DNA of 36,326 nucleotides, from IMG/VR virus record IMGVR_UViG_3300026628_000004. The stretch is one strand, 5' to 3'. The notes beneath the pieces were generated by a model, which saw only the letters and a list, made by a program, of their open reading frames with translations, did no database searches and was not told the origin of the DNA. Shown here in pieces: positions 1 to 9,523 of this stretch. This stretch comes from a virus. A program made the translations under genes and the position numbers. The stretch's first letter is position 1, and each line of letters starts with the position of its first letter.

Positions 1-127
1 TCAAAAGCTGTGATGGCAAAAATCAGGGAGTATGACTCCCGCTTTTCCGTATCAGAAGTAAGCCGTATTAGCTCAGAAAAGTACTACAAAATACAATAAT
101 AGGAGAAAAAACAATAATGAGAAAAAA
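1..127. repeat. Terminal overlap copy A, identical to 36200-36326; indicates a circularly closed contig
   Basis: Base-by-base comparison: 1-127 matches 36200-36326 exactly. It covers the last 33 codons of the BRO-like gene, the intergenic RBS and the first codons of the next ORF. Confidence 0.95.
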
Positions 128-368
128 GGATTTAACAAAAACTATCAAGGAGCGCCTTGACGACCTGAAAAAGCGGGTGGCCTGGCTTGAAGAGCTGCAG
201 AAATACGGCGTAAGACAGGCTGATATTCATGCCCGGACGGGTGTTTGCAGGCCCGAGATAAGCAAATATTTTGCCGGTCTCGGGGATAATGAGGAAGTAG
301 AGCAAGCTGTACTGGATATACTGTGGGAAAAAAGAAAAGAGGTGAAAAAATGCACGGTGGAAAAATGA
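117..368 (+). CDS. Small early protein with an HTH-like segment
   Basis: AGGAG lies 11 nt upstream of the ATG. It is the first gene after the BRO-like gene in the rightward early operon. The segment QADIHARTGVCRPEISKYF looks like a helix-turn-helix. Confidence 0.5.
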   Translation: MRKKDLTKTIKERLDDLKKRVAWLEELQKYGVRQADIHARTGVCRPEISKYFAGLGDNEEVEQAVLDILWEKRKEVKKCTVEK

Positions 369-832
369 ATGTAAACATCAAGTGTCCATATTGCGCAAAA
401 GAAATAATCTTTTCAGCTGAAGACAGGCTGGAGACAGTCACCTGCGATGACTGCAAAAGAAGCTTTGTGATAGAGCTGGAAATTGAGCCTGTAATATATA
501 TCCAGGCAAAACTCAGCCAGCGTGAAAATATCGAAAGACTCAAAAACAATATGGCTGACAGACAAAATATCGATACACAGCGTGGATACGAATCTGAAGC
601 AACAGGCACCCGCTCAATAAGACTTTCTGTGGAAGTCATAAAAGCAATAAGAGAATACGGCATCAAAAACTCTATGACACAAAAACAGCTGGCTGAGAAG
701 ATCGGTATTAAGTATCCGATGTTTAACAAGATAATGCAGCATTACAGAGGCGGAGAGAAAAACTGCAAGAAAGTGCTGGCATTTTATCATGAGATATGCC
801 CGGTAGGGCAGTACACTGAAGCCAGGAGCTGA
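350..832 (+). CDS. Zinc-ribbon (CPYC...CDDC) plus C-terminal HTH protein
   Basis: The ORF is open from 323. The ATG at 350 follows AGAGGTG, and an ATG at 365 (ATGA overlap with the upstream stop) is an alternative start. It has two CxxC pairs and the HTH-like segment MTQKQLAEKIGIKYPMFNKI. Confidence 0.5.
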   Translation: MHGGKMNVNIKCPYCAKEIIFSAEDRLETVTCDDCKRSFVIELEIEPVIYIQAKLSQRENIERLKNNMADRQNIDTQRGYESEATGTRSIRLSVEVIKAIREYGIKNSMTQKQLAEKIGIKYPMFNKIMQHYRGGEKNCKKVLAFYHEICPVGQYTEARS

Positions 833-836
833 GAAA

Positions 837-1052
837 ATGGCGTTATTTCTTAATCATCTGCCTGAAGATAATATCAGAATTATCAACCGGAGGCTGGAGA
901 GTGAATTAAGAAAATATCAGATAAGATGTATAGCTTTGCAGGCAGAGAACGAGAGCCTGAAAAGAGAACTGGAAGCATGCAAAACGAACAATTCCGAGCA
1001 ATATAAAAATACGGGAAAGGGAGAGACGAGATGGGAGACGGATATAAAATAA
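837..1052 (+). CDS. Hypothetical coiled-coil protein
   Basis: An RBS precedes the ATG. The sequence is heptad-like and charged (LESELRKYQIRCIALQAENESLKRELEACK). Confidence 0.45.
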   Translation: MALFLNHLPEDNIRIINRRLESELRKYQIRCIALQAENESLKRELEACKTNNSEQYKNTGKGETRWETDIK

Positions 1053-1513
1053 CACAGCAACTTATGTACGAGCTCAGGTTTGTACACGGCTTAAGTCACA
1101 AGGACATAGGAGAGCATATCGGGCTGAGTAAAAAGACTGTAGATAACTATCCGAGGCAGGCACTGCCCAGCTTAGAAAATTTTCTTAAGATGATAAAGCT
1201 CAGGCGTGTGGATGACACAATGTCACTGTTTTGCAAGATTGCCGGAGGTGTTTTTGTACGCCTGCCGGAAGTGAGACACAGCGGAGCTCATATACTGCAG
1301 CAACTTTCTGAACTATCAAAAGATTTCGGTGGGACAGTCGAAGCGGTAAGCGGCTCGGTAACTCCACAATCAGATGAGGGGGCAAAGCTGTCAAAAAAAG
1401 AAGCAAGAGAAATATTGCTGACTCTTGCGCCTCTGATTCTCTGCGCTGAGGAGATGGTGCAGTATTTGACAGATGTGATCGACGGCAAAAAGACAAAAAG
1501 ACGGGGGTTATAA
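1031..1513 (+). CDS. HTH DNA-binding protein, hypothetical
   Basis: The segment LSHKDIGEHIGLSKKTVDNY is HTH-like. The gene is tightly packed within the early operon. Confidence 0.5.
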   Translation: MGDGYKITQQLMYELRFVHGLSHKDIGEHIGLSKKTVDNYPRQALPSLENFLKMIKLRRVDDTMSLFCKIAGGVFVRLPEVRHSGAHILQQLSELSKDFGGTVEAVSGSVTPQSDEGAKLSKKEAREILLTLAPLILCAEEMVQYLTDVIDGKKTKRRGL

Positions 1514-1855
1514 ATGGATGTAAATAAAGCAATAACAGATGTAGTCAACATCAGCATAAGAGAAGCGCTCGAGGGTGTGGATGAAGAGTTGACTAAGAAT
1601 GTTTTTATGCAAGCTGAATCGTTAAAAAATATCGAGAAATACAACGCTAATTCACTCTTAAATGAATCTCAGGTTTCGGAGCTGACTGGAATTGCTGTGC
1701 CTACTCTGAGAAAGTGGCGCAATGAAAAACGTGAGATCCCCTATATCAGGATGGGGAATTCTGTCAGATATAAATACAGTGATTTGCTGGATTATATAAA
1801 GGCAAACACCGTGAAGGTTATGCAGAACGGGAGCCTAAAAGGGGGTGGTGTGTGA
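1514..1855 (+). CDS. Excisionase/AlpA-family (HTH_17-like) DNA-binding protein
   Basis: LNESQVSELTGIAVPTLRKWRNEKREIPYIRMGNSVRYKYSDLLDYI matches the MerR-superfamily excisionase-type HTH pattern. Confidence 0.6.
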   Translation: MDVNKAITDVVNISIREALEGVDEELTKNVFMQAESLKNIEKYNANSLLNESQVSELTGIAVPTLRKWRNEKREIPYIRMGNSVRYKYSDLLDYIKANTVKVMQNGSLKGGGV

Positions 1856-2765
1856 ATCAGCCGGCGGCCGTGAGTGTGAAAACGATCGTCCGGGGGTGCA
1901 TGCCGTGCTGATGCTTTCCGCCGGAAAACATATAACAGAGGGGTATAAAAAGATAAAGATCCCGTTCAGACGACTACATGAGGTGACTGCAAGTTTCAAC
2001 TATTCTGCCGGTATCTATAAAGACGGCTACAGAACTACAGGCAAGCTGGAGCAAATAGGCAATCTGCTGATATTCGATTTTGATGACGGCACACCGATTG
2101 AAGAGACAGCAGAACGATTTAAGGCATTTCAGTCCACATGTTTGATAGTTACCAGCAAGAGCCATATGAAAGCAAAACGTGATAAGCCAGCATGTGAAAG
2201 ATACCGGCTCTTAATTCCTCTATCAGCCCCTCTTAATGTGGAGATCAGGGAGTATACAGAGTTTTACGTGTATTTTGCCGAGCTGACCGGCATAAGCAAT
2301 GCGATTGATTCGCAATGCAAGGATTGTGCCCGTTTCTATTTTCCGAATCCTTCACAAGAGGTCAGATATATAGAAACAGGCAGAGTTTTTGAAACAGCGG
2401 CACTAATAGAAAACTTTCGGGGCTGGAAAAAAATGCGCCGTGAAGAGTCAGACAAAAAAAATCGTAAACAATATATAACAACCAGCAAAACAAAAAAAGC
2501 TTCCCAGAAAAATTTTGAAAACAGCAAGATGAAAAAGAACGAGCTGCCGGCTGAAACAACAATAGAAACAAAACAAGGCACACATCAGTTCCGTGATTTT
2601 GAATATCTGCAGGTTGATCAGACTGTTCCCTGCCGCTGCCCGGATCCCGCACATGAAGACAGAAATCCGTCTGCTTTTGTGGGCCGGAGCAAAGAGAGCG
2701 GTAATCTGCTGGTGACATGCAAAAGCTGCGGAGCTGTTTATTTTATGCATAAAGAGGGGGCGTAA
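1845..2765 (+). CDS. Putative AEP-type primase domain protein with C-terminal zinc finger
   Basis: It has an LIFDFDDG (DxD) motif, a TSKSH motif and a later acidic motif. The C-terminus carries CRCPDPAHEDRNPSAF...CKSCG. It starts at GTG after AAGGGG and lies directly upstream of the SF3 helicase. Confidence 0.5.
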   Translation: MVCESAGGRECENDRPGVHAVLMLSAGKHITEGYKKIKIPFRRLHEVTASFNYSAGIYKDGYRTTGKLEQIGNLLIFDFDDGTPIEETAERFKAFQSTCLIVTSKSHMKAKRDKPACERYRLLIPLSAPLNVEIREYTEFYVYFAELTGISNAIDSQCKDCARFYFPNPSQEVRYIETGRVFETAALIENFRGWKKMRREESDKKNRKQYITTSKTKKASQKNFENSKMKKNELPAETTIETKQGTHQFRDFEYLQVDQTVPCRCPDPAHEDRNPSAFVGRSKESGNLLVTCKSCGAVYFMHKEGA

Positions 2766-2995
2766 TGTTTGCGGAATTTTTGACACTGAAAGATAAGCCT
2801 GAGTACGTTATTGAACTGCATAAAGACAGGATACTTTTGTATAAAGATAAATCCTGGACTCTTTTGACTCCTGAAGAAATAACTGACAGCCCGGAGATCA
2901 ACACAATAAAAAGGCTCAAAAGATATCTGAATGAGCGAAATGAAAATCTGGCAGAGACCGTGGATAACTATGTGAAGCGGGTACTTTATGTCTGA
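2765..2995 (+). CDS. Hypothetical protein
   Basis: GAGGGGG RBS and ATG start. The gene is coupled to its neighbours. Confidence 0.45.
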   Translation: MFAEFLTLKDKPEYVIELHKDRILLYKDKSWTLLTPEEITDSPEINTIKRLKRYLNERNENLAETVDNYVKRVLYV

Positions 2996-4451
2996 AAAAA
3001 AATATGAGCTGAATAAAGAGATGCTTCCTGTCCAGCAGTTGAAAGACTACGAGCTGCGAGAGGAAGGAGAAGATATAGATTACAGCAAATTTGAGACAAA
3101 CAACTGGATGCGTATCGGTGTAGAGAATGAAACTCTTCAGGAGATATACAACAAAGGCGGCGGCGTATGGCAGGACTTTGACGGCTCAACCGTATATCGT
3201 CCTCACTTTGAAGAAGACATAATAAAGTTTGAAAGTGACAGGAAAGCGGCACAAGCGATAGCCAATTTTCTGGACAGAAAAAAAGTGAAACTATGGCAGG
3301 GCTCAGGATCCGGTGAAAATTTTCAGCCCCCTGATGTGTACGTCAATGAGGTGCTAAGTGTGAAGGAGCGGTTTACTGTATTCTGTAACAGCGAATTCTA
3401 CAGATATAATAACCTATGGTACAGAACGGCATTCCGACCGACAGAATATATGAAGATACAACGGAAGGAATACAAATACCCGGAGACAATTTTGAAACTA
3501 ATCCAGAATCTGTGCAATGATAATGCTGCATATTATGAGTGGGTGGTTAATTGGCTTGCCGGCTATTTTCAGACACTCAGGAAAAGCCAGGTTTCACTGT
3601 TGATGCGCGGGGATCAGGGCTCCGGTAAGGGTGTGTTTTTCAACAAGATCCTGGCCCCACTATTTGGTGAGCAATACTGTGCCATTGTGGATTCTGACAG
3701 GCTTGACTCTCAGTTCAAAGGGTGGGTTGCGGAGACGCTTTTTTTTAATCTGAACGAAATTGCCGTGGATATGAAGGCAAGAAAAAGCATTAAAAACTTT
3801 CTGAAACAGCTTGTAACCGATGACAAAGTGCAAATAGAGACAAAACACAAGGATGCAAAAGAAGTCAGAATCTACGGAAATATACTGATCACCAGCAATG
3901 AAGCTTTTCCAATAGAAATCGAGGCGTCTGACAGGCGCTTTACAGTAATGAGAACCGGCAAAACATTTAAAGAAAACGGATGGGATTACCAGCATATGGT
4001 AGAAAACATAAATAATGAGCTTGAAGATTTTGCTGTGTTTCTGAACCGTACAAAAGTCGACTGGAAAATGTATCATACTGCGCTGGAAACACCCGAAAAA
4101 ACAGCAATCGTAGACGCTACAAACAGTCAGACAGTCATGTTTATCAAAGCGGTTCTGAAGAAAGATATATCGTTCTTTGAGGATCTGAAAGATGAAAATT
4201 ATGACATTTACAATGATCTGAAGAGAGGTTTTAGAGAAAATATGGTGCTCCAGACTGCCCTCACAAGAGCTTACGATGAGATGTTTGAGAGTAAGAAGAG
4301 CTCAAAACGTATTATGTCAGATATCAGGAAGCTTGAACCGAACTATTTCGGCAAGCACAGAGTGCAAAAAAAATACGGTGCTAAATATTTTGAGCTTGAT
4401 CCCGGGATTGAGTTCATCGATATGGATGCCGTAGAGGATGAGAGACAATGA
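2988..4451 (+). CDS. SF3 replicative helicase (P4-alpha / D5 family) with a C-terminal domain shared with the BRO protein
   Basis: Walker A GDQGSGKGVF, Walker B-like LFFNLNE, and SF3 motif C ILITSN. Confidence 0.75.
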   Translation: MSEKKYELNKEMLPVQQLKDYELREEGEDIDYSKFETNNWMRIGVENETLQEIYNKGGGVWQDFDGSTVYRPHFEEDIIKFESDRKAAQAIANFLDRKKVKLWQGSGSGENFQPPDVYVNEVLSVKERFTVFCNSEFYRYNNLWYRTAFRPTEYMKIQRKEYKYPETILKLIQNLCNDNAAYYEWVVNWLAGYFQTLRKSQVSLLMRGDQGSGKGVFFNKILAPLFGEQYCAIVDSDRLDSQFKGWVAETLFFNLNEIAVDMKARKSIKNFLKQLVTDDKVQIETKHKDAKEVRIYGNILITSNEAFPIEIEASDRRFTVMRTGKTFKENGWDYQHMVENINNELEDFAVFLNRTKVDWKMYHTALETPEKTAIVDATNSQTVMFIKAVLKKDISFFEDLKDENYDIYNDLKRGFRENMVLQTALTRAYDEMFESKKSSKRIMSDIRKLEPNYFGKHRVQKKYGAKYFELDPGIEFIDMDAVEDERQ

Positions 4452-4801
4452 GACAGGTAAATATCCTCCAGGAATTTACAACAGACTTTATGGATGAGCA
4501 GAGCTGCCGGCGCTTTATTGCAGGCCTGCTGCATGAAAAGCCAGCATGTCCCGCCTGCGGGGTGTTTGTAAAAAATCTGGATCGTTTTTACTCAGGACGC
4601 TTTGTGAAATGTCAATGCGGTAAACGCTACAACTGGGCTACCGGCACAGAGCTATCAGGAATAAAAATCAAATGCTCAGCATTGGTGTTGCTGATGCTGC
4701 TGTATGAAACGAATCTGTCAGACACACATGTGGCAGAGATTCTTGATATAGATAGAGAGACAGCGCGTTTGTGGCGCCTGCGCGTCAAGGGTGACTTATG
4801 A
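4448..4801 (+). CDS. Zinc-ribbon plus HTH-like small protein
   Basis: CPACG...CQCGKRY zinc ribbon followed by THVAEILDIDRETARLWRLRV. ATGA overlaps on both sides. Confidence 0.45.
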   Translation: MRQVNILQEFTTDFMDEQSCRRFIAGLLHEKPACPACGVFVKNLDRFYSGRFVKCQCGKRYNWATGTELSGIKIKCSALVLLMLLYETNLSDTHVAEILDIDRETARLWRLRVKGDL

Positions 4802-5475
4802 TGGAAAAATATGAGCGGCTTAAAACAGTTCTTGATTCGGACTCGTTCAGTATTCTCGAAAGCATGTATTACGATTACAAAGCCGCCCTTGAGGCCTGCA
4901 GGGAGAGCAAGAAAACATCCGATCTGAAGCATTACTCCAAATGCAAGAATGAACTTGAGCACACTATCAATGAGTTTTGGGAAATACATTTTCCGGAAAA
5001 CGAACAGTTTAAGAATGTAGCTGAAGTGTATGAGTATCTCAAAGACATAGGTTATAAAGTTGCAAAGCGTACAGTCTACCAGCACAAAGAGGAAGGTAAA
5101 TTACAATATAATCCGAATACCGGAATAACTATAGAGGATGTGGACAGATATGCTGAACGATATCTGTCGGATCCGGAAAAAGAAGAGAGCCTGAATGACA
5201 AGAAGACAAAAGCTGATCTTGATCTGAAAGAGATCCGCCTGGAAAAAGAAAGGCTATTTGTTGAAGAGAAAGAGGGCAAGCTGATTTCAAGGGAAACGGT
5301 AGGTGTAGAATTCGCGGCTCGTATAGAAGAAATCAAAAGAGGTTTTGAAGAAATTGAGGCCACACTGCCTGTCATACTTTCAGGCCTTCCACCTGAAGAG
5401 ATAAAGAAAACACTCCGGAGGAAATTTGACAGTATGCTTTCCAACTATTCCCGAAAATTGGAGTCTCTGAAATGA
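4798..5475 (+). CDS. Putative small terminase subunit (call based on position)
   Basis: It lies immediately upstream of, and is translationally coupled to, the GpA-type large terminase. It has an HTH-like segment (KVAKRTVYQHKEEGKL) and a charged coiled-coil tail. Confidence 0.35.
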   Translation: MMEKYERLKTVLDSDSFSILESMYYDYKAALEACRESKKTSDLKHYSKCKNELEHTINEFWEIHFPENEQFKNVAEVYEYLKDIGYKVAKRTVYQHKEEGKLQYNPNTGITIEDVDRYAERYLSDPEKEESLNDKKTKADLDLKEIRLEKERLFVEEKEGKLISRETVGVEFAARIEEIKRGFEEIEATLPVILSGLPPEEIKKTLRRKFDSMLSNYSRKLESLK

Positions 5476-7307
5476 TAACGGAATATTTTGAAACGGAAGC
5501 CCTGGCAGCCCAGCCCAGAAATTATATGCGCGGCAGCGAATGGGCGGAAAAATACAGGATACTGACAAGCGTGACATCGAGTATCACCGGCCGCTGGCAA
5601 AATCAGGTATTTCCTCATGCATCAGGTATTCTTGATGCTCTTGTGCATGAGAATGTATCTGAAGTCAGCTGGGTGTCAGGAACACAGAATGCAAAAACCG
5701 AAACAATGCTGAACGCTGCAGGCTATCTAATACATAATCACCCCGCGTCAATAATGCTGGTAATGCCGGAAAAAGACGACTGCAAATCGATGAGCAAAGT
5801 GAGAATACAGGACATGATAGAGAATGCAGCGGACGGTGTATTAAGAACACGGTGTGAGCTGCCTGATGTCAGGAAAGATATTTTTAATATCCCCTTTGTG
5901 GGCGGTATACTCTATCTCGCATGGTCAACAAGTGTAAACAGGCTTGCCTCAAAACCTGTGAAATATTTGTTCCTGGATGAAGTTGACAAGTACAAGGATA
6001 TTCCGAAGCACGGTAATCCTGAATCACTGGTAACTGAAAGGCTCAAAGCTCAGATTAACACAAAAATAATGCGTGCAAGCTCACCGACTGTTGAAGAGGG
6101 CGCTATCTGGACGTCTGTTCACAACTCTGATTATCTTTTTGAAAGGCATGTGCCCTGCCCCGCCTGCGGACGTAAGTTTGTTTTTATGCATTCACAACTC
6201 CGCGTGGAAGAGAAAAATGTATTTTATGAGTGTCCTCACTGCGCCACATATTTGTCTGACAATGATAAGCCCGGGATGCTAAGCTCAGCCTTATGGCTGA
6301 CCGCGGACGGCTACGAGCTATATAGCATATTAAAAACCGGGCATGATCTGCATTTAGGTTTCAAATCAAGCTCTTTTTACAGCCCGTTCATATCATTCAC
6401 AGATATATACAACAAACAGCAGGACAGTAAGGGAGATATTGAAAAGAAGCGTGTATTTTATAACGGCTGGCTTGCTCTGCCATATGATCCTATGCAGGAA
6501 ATAGAACAGCATACAACAGAAGATCTGAGAAAACGTGTTGAAGATTACGATATTCTCCCAGCAGGTGTATGTGTCCTGACCAGTGCTACTGATGTACAGA
6601 ACAACCGCCTTGAGACCCTTATTATGGGCTGGGGTTTGAACCGGGAAAACTGGGTAATCGAAAAGAAAGTGCATTACGGGGATCCACGCGGTACGGATGT
6701 CTGGAGAGAGCTGGATATTTTTCTTTATTACACAAGGTATAAACATTTCTGCGGCAGAGAGTTCGGGATAACATGCGCCGTTGTTGACGCGGGGTATCTC
6801 ACAGAGGAAGTAAGCTCATTTACAAAGCCAAGAAAAAAACGGCATGTATACGCGATACAGGGTGCATCAAATCCGGATGCACCTATGCTCAAAGAAGGAA
6901 AAACAAGCAGCAAAAAAGCAATACTTTTTACTCTCGGTACACATATCCTGAAAGAAACTATAACAACATGGATAAGCTCGGGACCCGGTGAGCCCGGGTA
7001 TATGCATTTCAAAAAAGACACGTGCGATGAGGAATACTTTCTACAGCTGACAGCTGAAAAATGTATCAATCAAAAAAACAGGACCGGCAAAACAGTCAGA
7101 GAATGGATAAAGCTTCGGGACCGTAACGAAGTATTCGATCTTACATGCTACAACCTGGCTGCGTATCACATCATCGGGGCTCCTGCTGAAACATATGCAA
7201 GACAGATAGAAAAGATAAGCGGTATTTCAGCCTTAGGGGCAGGGGCTCATGAAGACGAAAAGCAGGAACCAAAAAAGACAAAGCCGAAAATACTTATAAA
7301 GGGGTGA
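5472..7307 (+). CDS. terL: Terminase large subunit, lambda GpA family
   Basis: 611 aa with a GpA-like N-terminus (WAEKYRIL...TGRW). It has a Walker-type LFLDEVDKY motif and an internal CPACG...CPHC zinc motif. The head module lies downstream. Confidence 0.9.
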   Translation: MITEYFETEALAAQPRNYMRGSEWAEKYRILTSVTSSITGRWQNQVFPHASGILDALVHENVSEVSWVSGTQNAKTETMLNAAGYLIHNHPASIMLVMPEKDDCKSMSKVRIQDMIENAADGVLRTRCELPDVRKDIFNIPFVGGILYLAWSTSVNRLASKPVKYLFLDEVDKYKDIPKHGNPESLVTERLKAQINTKIMRASSPTVEEGAIWTSVHNSDYLFERHVPCPACGRKFVFMHSQLRVEEKNVFYECPHCATYLSDNDKPGMLSSALWLTADGYELYSILKTGHDLHLGFKSSSFYSPFISFTDIYNKQQDSKGDIEKKRVFYNGWLALPYDPMQEIEQHTTEDLRKRVEDYDILPAGVCVLTSATDVQNNRLETLIMGWGLNRENWVIEKKVHYGDPRGTDVWRELDIFLYYTRYKHFCGREFGITCAVVDAGYLTEEVSSFTKPRKKRHVYAIQGASNPDAPMLKEGKTSSKKAILFTLGTHILKETITTWISSGPGEPGYMHFKKDTCDEEYFLQLTAEKCINQKNRTGKTVREWIKLRDRNEVFDLTCYNLAAYHIIGAPAETYARQIEKISGISALGAGAHEDEKQEPKKTKPKILIKG

Positions 7308-7310
7308 AAA

Positions 7311-7505
7311 ATGGAAGATGAAAAATTGACTGTGAAAGATATAGCATTCAAGGAGGCTGTGAGCCAGCAGACTGTATACCGCTGGGTGGCGGAAGGGTAT
7401 ATTGAATATGAAAAACGCCCCGGGAAAAACGGCGGAATAGTAATAACCATGCAGGCATACAGGAGGTTTAAATCTGAATGCGCTGTAAGGCAGATTAACG
7501 AATAA
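7311..7505 (+). CDS. Small HTH_17-like DNA-binding protein
   Basis: LTVKDIAFKEAVSQQTVYRWVAEGYI, with a GGGGTG RBS. Confidence 0.55.
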   Translation: MEDEKLTVKDIAFKEAVSQQTVYRWVAEGYIEYEKRPGKNGGIVITMQAYRRFKSECAVRQINE

Positions 7506-7519
7506 AAGGGAGGCGTGCA

Positions 7520-7681
7520 ATGAGCTATATTGCCGGAATGTGCTGCCCGGACTGCGGCACAAGATTGGTAAATGTCGGCGGGTGCAGCATGTGTGCAGCA
7601 TGCGGATGGAGCGAATGTGAAAGCTGTGAGCCAGCAAGCGGGCAGAGATTTCTCCGCTTCGGTCGAAATGACAATGAATAG
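7520..7681 (+). CDS. Cys-rich 53-aa protein (below the ORF-track size cutoff)
   Basis: Hand translation: MSYIAGMCCPDCGTRLVNVGGCSMCAACGWSECESCEPASGQRFLRFGRNDNE. AAAGGGAGG lies 6 nt upstream of the ATG. Confidence 0.4.
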   Translation: MSYIAGMCCPDCGTRLVNVGGCSMCAACGWSECESCEPASGQRFLRFGRNDNE

Positions 7682-7719
7682 GTGCGCGGATGCATGAAGC
7701 AAGACAAGGAGTTGAGTAA

Positions 7720-7950
7720 ATGACTGTGAAAGAAATATGTGAAGATTTTTTAAGAGAAAACGGGTTTGACGGTCTTTTTAAAGATGACTGCGGGTGCCGG
7801 CTGGGTGATTTGATGCCGTGCTGTGAGCCGTCACCTGCTTGTGAGCCAGGGTATCTTCAGGATTGTACCCAGTGTTTATCATTCGACATGAATGAGGGGT
7901 GTATTGATGCCTGCGAGAGCTGTCTGGGGCCGGAGGTGAGTGATGAATGA
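7720..7950 (+). CDS. Cys-rich acidic 76-aa protein
   Basis: AAGGAG RBS. It has 12 Cys, including CGC, CC and CESC motifs. Confidence 0.5.
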   Translation: MTVKEICEDFLRENGFDGLFKDDCGCRLGDLMPCCEPSPACEPGYLQDCTQCLSFDMNEGCIDACESCLGPEVSDE

Positions 7951-8146
7951 TGCTGTCTATATTGGAACAATTATTTTTCTCGGTATGGTTGTTTTCTTTC
8001 TGATTTTAAAAATCAACGATTATTCAGAACGAATTCAACTCCAAAAGGGAAAAAATAAAAAGCTAAGAAAAGAACTGGCTGAACAGTATCAAATAGTATC
8101 TTCATTTTTGCCTAAATTAATTTTAAGAAAAGAGGATCCCCAATGA
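7940..8146 (+). CDS. Small membrane protein (N-terminal TM helix, basic tail)
   Basis: GGAGGTG RBS. Hydrophobic segment VYIGTIIFLGMVVFFLIL. Confidence 0.45.
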   Translation: MMNDAVYIGTIIFLGMVVFFLILKINDYSERIQLQKGKNKKLRKELAEQYQIVSSFLPKLILRKEDPQ

Positions 8147-8235
8147 CGCCACTGATTGGCCTGTATTTATCCTCAGTAGCTACCGGCGGTTTGCTGGCCA
8201 TAGCTATCATTTTTATATTTATATTTTGGAAATAA
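8143..8235 (+). CDS. 30-aa hydrophobic peptide (below the ORF-track cutoff)
   Basis: Hand translation: MTPLIGLYLSSVATGGLLAIAIIFIFIFWK. ATGA overlap with the upstream stop, and AGAGGA lies 7 nt upstream. Confidence 0.3.
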   Translation: MTPLIGLYLSSVATGGLLAIAIIFIFIFWK

Positions 8236-8249
8236 AAGGAGAGTAAATT

Positions 8250-8786
8250 ATGAAAGGCACACAATTGACTGGCAAATACGGATTGTTCAGCAAATACAAT
8301 GTTCAAAAATCCGACGGTTCTCCTGTTGATCCTGAAGCTGAATATTTTGTACTAAGGCTCGATGACGGCTGTTCAGATAAAAGACACCTTCAGGCATCAA
8401 GAGAAGCAGTGCTTGTCTATGCCGATCAAATTGAAAATCATTTACCAAAATTAGCCCAGGATCTGAAAGAAAAATATCACGGGACAGTGAAACTGAAGGC
8501 AACGGAAAACTTTATACATAATAAATATGGTTACTGCTATTACGATGTATGCGAAGACAGAGCCTTTATTTATAATCTATATGTGTATCCGGAATACAGG
8601 CTCCGGGGGCACGCAAAAAGGCTTTTGAAGTACGCAATATTAGAAATCAGAATAATAGGTCATGAAGGAGAGATAGAGATAGAAGCTGAGCCGAGAGAAA
8701 GAAGTATAGATAGAGAGTGCCTGATACGTTTTTACCAAGATATAGGATTAAAAGTTTTGGCAAGGAGGGAAAATGCCGGTGCATAA
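8250..8786 (+). CDS. Two-domain protein with an N-terminal phage-type domain and a C-terminal GNAT-like acetyltransferase
   Basis: The C-terminus has LYVYPEYRLRGHAKRLLKYAI, a GNAT motif-A-like acetyl-CoA loop. AAAGGAG RBS. Confidence 0.55.
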   Translation: MKGTQLTGKYGLFSKYNVQKSDGSPVDPEAEYFVLRLDDGCSDKRHLQASREAVLVYADQIENHLPKLAQDLKEKYHGTVKLKATENFIHNKYGYCYYDVCEDRAFIYNLYVYPEYRLRGHAKRLLKYAILEIRIIGHEGEIEIEAEPRERSIDRECLIRFYQDIGLKVLARRENAGA

Positions 8787-9153
8787 TCTTTTTACCAAGT
8801 CAATACAATTTGCTCAAGAGTCTAAAGATATTCAGGAGTTTCTTTATAAAATAAAAGAGCAATTGGGATATATCAGAACAGTGGATATAGAACATATTTT
8901 CTCACATTTTCCTGACCCCTGCGGTGCCGCCGGGCTTTCTACTTTTTACGAAAAATACAGAAAGAGACTGAAAACCTGTGAAGGCTGCAGGGCTTTTATT
9001 ACAGAAGAAAATACCCCACAACCTGAATGTAGATTAAAATATAAGTTTACAGATGCTGTTGTCAGGGGATTCTGGACGTATATCCCACTTGAAAAGTGTC
9101 CTAAACCAAAAACCTATGCGTCTGTGCTTGAACATTTTGGAGAGAGGCTATGA
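8773..9153 (+). CDS. Hypothetical protein; its N-terminal part is paralogous to ORF 9524-9760
   Basis: Shared ES..EF...IK..LG.I and FYEKY segments. AAGGAGG RBS. Confidence 0.5.
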   Translation: MPVHNLFTKSIQFAQESKDIQEFLYKIKEQLGYIRTVDIEHIFSHFPDPCGAAGLSTFYEKYRKRLKTCEGCRAFITEENTPQPECRLKYKFTDAVVRGFWTYIPLEKCPKPKTYASVLEHFGERL

Positions 9154-9491
9154 GTAAATATATCGAAGCTTATAAAAAAGGCTACGAAGATGCATTAGCA
9201 AGTAAAGGCGTGAAACTGATCGCAAAAGAAAGAGCAAGACAAATTGCGAAGGAAGGGTGGACAAAAGAGCACGACAAAGTCTCCCACCCTGATGGTGGTT
9301 TAGCCTTAGCAGCCGCTTGCTATGCGAGTCCTGCGCCTATCTATTACTACAATGCGAGGGTTTATCAATTTTTAGATCCGTTTCCTTTTGATAAAAAGTG
9401 GGACAAGAGAGGAAAACATTCGTATAAAAGGAAACTTGAAATTGCCGGAGCACTGATTGCTGCAGAGCTGGATAGAATAGAAGGAGAATAA
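9150..9491 (+). CDS. Hypothetical protein
   Basis: Translationally coupled to its neighbour. Contains an EGWTKEHD...LALAAACYA segment. Confidence 0.5.
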   Translation: MSKYIEAYKKGYEDALASKGVKLIAKERARQIAKEGWTKEHDKVSHPDGGLALAAACYASPAPIYYYNARVYQFLDPFPFDKKWDKRGKHSYKRKLEIAGALIAAELDRIEGE

Positions 9492-9523
9492 AAAAAAAGA
9501 TACTAAAATCATGGAGGCAAATT

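Noticed and set aside
1-127. Biological direct terminal repeat
   Set aside because: The repeat cuts through a coding sequence and is exact, which is more consistent with an assembly overlap of a circular molecule. A true DTR cannot be excluded without read-end data.
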